Shown here: one piece after another, positions 61,688 through 64,000 of the stretch
Layout of the letters: the number at the start of each line of letters is the position of its first letter
Position numbering within the stretch: the first letter of the stretch is position 1
Assembly (NCBI GenBank): GCA_965218095.1
Contig: OZ244587.1
Coordinates: 5,120,001 to 5,184,000, forward strand
Origin: Candidatus Poribacteria bacterium
GTDB taxonomy: Bacteria; Poribacteria; WGA-4E; PCPOR2b
DNA length: 64,000 nucleotides
Direction: 5' to 3'
The notes under the pieces: generated by a model
What the model saw: the letters and a program-made list of their open reading frames with translations, nothing else
What the model was told of the DNA's origin: nothing
Databases searched by the model: none
Translations under genes and position numbers: made by a program

Positions 61688-63241
61688 TTATGACGAAAGA
61701 CGGGCTTCAATCACAGTCGGCTGATTTTTGGTTTGCGCATCTCTCACTGCTGTTTCCAACTGATCGATTTTGTCTACACGAAATCCACGGACACCCAGCG
61801 ATTCGGCAAATTTCACGAAATCCGGCTTTTCGTTTAAACCCTGATTATTGATGATTGTTAGAACATTCAGTCCATATTTCACCGCTGTCGTTAGTTCCAC
61901 TCCAGAGGTTAAAAATCCCGCTGTATCCGTGATGGCGACAGCCGGCTGGTCCGGATACGCAAACTTTGCACCGAGTGCCGCGGGCAAGGCATACCCCACT
62001 GTCGGCAGATCACAGGCATGTAAAAAAGATCGTGGGAGCGCCACATCGAGATCGGATAGCAGCAGGTCAACCAGGTATGGCCCCTCGGCCGCTAGAATCG
62101 TCTGCTTTTCCAGCACGTCTTGCAAAATCTGCACAATCTTCAGATCCCCTTCCCGTATATATTGAGGAAGATACAGTTGACGCTCAAAGTTTCCCCATTG
62201 ACTTCTCCCATTCTCTTCTTGTGCGCTGATAGTTCGGACAAGCTGCTCAAGCGCAATTTTAGCATCGGCAACAATGCCGACCTGCACAGGATAGTTCTTT
62301 CCAATCTCTTTTTCATCTATGTCGATTTGTATAAGATGTTTCGGCAGGGACAGCTTCCAATCCCCCGTTGTTCGTTGGGACAAACTACATCCCACCGATA
62401 AAACGGCGTCCGCTTTGTCCACGCCGGCTGAAATTGAATGCTCCGGATCGGCGACGAATGGCTGCCAGGTCAGCCCGGCGTAAAGCGGATGGTCTGATGG
62501 AAACACTCCCTTACTCATTGGGGTAATCAGAATTGGAGCGTTTAGGATTTCAGCGATCTGCATCAACTCCGGACCTGCCCGTGCTGACACGACCCCGCCC
62601 CCTGCGATAATGAGCGGGTATTTTGCCTTGCCTAAGATCTCGGCAGCGAGTACGTTGAGGCGCTGTGCGCCGGGGATGTGTCGCATCGGAGGCGCCTTGA
62701 ATAACGAAGGTGCCCCCAACTCTGCTTCTACGATATCAATAGGAATTTCAAGATGGATGGGGCTTGGTCTGCCGGTTGCCATAACTCTAAATGCACGAAC
62801 AATCATCTTCGAGATTTCGTCTGGATTTTTGATACAGATGTTCCACTTCGTAATCGGTTTGAACAGCTTCAGCACATCCACATAATCAGAATACTCCTTC
62901 GGTTTGCCATTATTTGCGTTGGCGGAAAGCCCTGCTGAAGGCACCTGAACGGTGATCAGCAGTAATGGTATGCCATCGGTATACGCGGTTGCGATGCCGG
63001 CAACTGTGCTGATCGGTGTTTGTCCTCTTGGAGTGATGCAGACACCGACTTTGCCCGTTGCACGTGCATAGCCATCTGCTATCAGCCCAGCCCCCTGGCT
63101 TGTTTGCGCCGCGCGGTAACGTATCTTGGGCGACCGGCTGAGTGCATTAAAAATGCTGGTATCCTGATCGGCCAGCACACCAAAGACGAAATCTATATCA
63201 TGTTGTTCGAGTAACTTTACAATGAGTTCGCCACCCGTCAT
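61688..63241 (-). CDS. ThDP-enzyme fold protein with degenerate catalytic motifs
   Basis: ADGYARATGKVG, GRPSPIHLEIP, IQIDID, GYALPAALG; lacks conserved Glu and GDG. Confidence 0.85.
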   Translation of the reverse strand: MTGGELIVKLLEQHDIDFVFGVLADQDTSIFNALSRSPKIRYRAAQTSQGAGLIADGYARATGKVGVCITPRGQTPISTVAGIATAYTDGIPLLLITVQVPSAGLSANANNGKPKEYSDYVDVLKLFKPITKWNICIKNPDEISKMIVRAFRVMATGRPSPIHLEIPIDIVEAELGAPSLFKAPPMRHIPGAQRLNVLAAEILGKAKYPLIIAGGGVVSARAGPELMQIAEILNAPILITPMSKGVFPSDHPLYAGLTWQPFVADPEHSISAGVDKADAVLSVGCSLSQRTTGDWKLSLPKHLIQIDIDEKEIGKNYPVQVGIVADAKIALEQLVRTISAQEENGRSQWGNFERQLYLPQYIREGDLKIVQILQDVLEKQTILAAEGPYLVDLLLSDLDVALPRSFLHACDLPTVGYALPAALGAKFAYPDQPAVAITDTAGFLTSGVELTTAVKYGLNVLTIINNQGLNEKPDFVKFAESLGVRGFRVDKIDQLETAVRDAQTKNQPTVIEARLSS

Positions 63242-63809
63242 TGATGTTTTCGACCTCCTGATACGTGGTGCGTGAAACGTAATGTGGAAGATGTAATGCG
63301 TGGTGGAGTTTTTTCGTTTCGATCCCGTCTACGATTATGCGCCTGCACTCGGGCAAATAGGATTACGCTAGAGATGGAACGACAAATTGAATGTCCAAAC
63401 CCCACCTTAAAGGGCAAGGGATTCAGTCTACCCACTGTTACGTGCGGAATAGCGCAGGGTTTCAGTTTAATTGTGGATCTCTTGGCACACTGACTCTGCC
63501 TGACAAAATTTGAGGCAATTACCGGATCAACTTTCAGACAAAAGGTGGGGCATTGATACCTATCCACTCTACAGTGTGGATGAATGGCTACCCAACGAAC
63601 ATGGGTTCAGCGTGATTGCGATCAGAGAAGGGGATCTTCGGATTGCGTTTTTCTGCATCAAGGAGTCGGCATCAAGGTGGTGTTCCACATAATTGCTCAG
63701 GTAATCATCGGCATGAAGCACAGGTAGAAAGCATACTTCGAAGTGAGTTGCTAACGATAGAAATTCCCTGCGTTTTAGAAAGTTGTTGAATTTTGATCCA
63801 AGACAGTCG

Positions 63810-63838
63810 TTGACATAAAAAACAAACCGTGCTATAAT
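63810..63838 (+). promoter_or_regulatory. Consensus sigma70 promoter for a gene starting near 63996
   Basis: TTGACA-17-TATAAT with extended -10 TG; AAGGAG and ATG at window edge. Confidence 0.75.
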
Positions 63839-64000
63839 CTCTGCATTCTAAACTGAAAGTTGTGTGTGTTGCGGAATACTGCTGAAGAACTGGGAGTCCC
63901 ATTTTGATGTGGTTTCCGGAGGGATTTAGCAGTCCAACCATATAAATCAGGTTACATGGACATTCTATTTATTAAGGAAGGAGTGTTGATACAAAATGAA

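Noticed and set aside
63238-63941. Short ORFs at right end and at 34937-35472
   Set aside because: No recognisable motifs; cannot be supported as genes

Overview
Chromosomal window from a diderm, LPS-making bacterium. The two secreted proteins ending in an NYPNPFNPETW-type module suggest Candidatus Poribacteria (inference). 0.5-5 kb: MFS transporter, CPA/TrkA antiporter, MBL hydrolase. 5.2-7.1 kb: decayed cytochrome c oxidase operon (frameshifted coxB; coxA cut by an IS5 element). 7.3-19.6 kb: type I R-M operon (hsdM/S/R) with five inserted accessory genes: Schlafen/AlbA_2-HATPase, a small ORF, SEFIR/TIR-X, a SEFIR/TIR-ABC-ATPase fusion and a DUF4276 TOPRIM-like protein. This is the best candidate for an undescribed defence module. 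20-37 kb: secreted, outer-membrane and membrane genes among IS remnants and MITEs, including a 3.9-kb unit bounded by perfect 19-bp inverted repeats and an inside-out IS701 around a lipoprotein gene. 37-64 kb: mostly housekeeping genes (M24 peptidase, tRNA-Leu, lpxK, lpxB, sucD, kdsB, pyrG, LarA-like, TRAP, PLP and ThDP enzymes). Other features: REP-like palindromes inserted in frame into hsdM and lpxK, strand-biased heptamer arrays at gene junctions, and many eroded gene remnants. All calls come from motif recognition by eye; no database searches were run.
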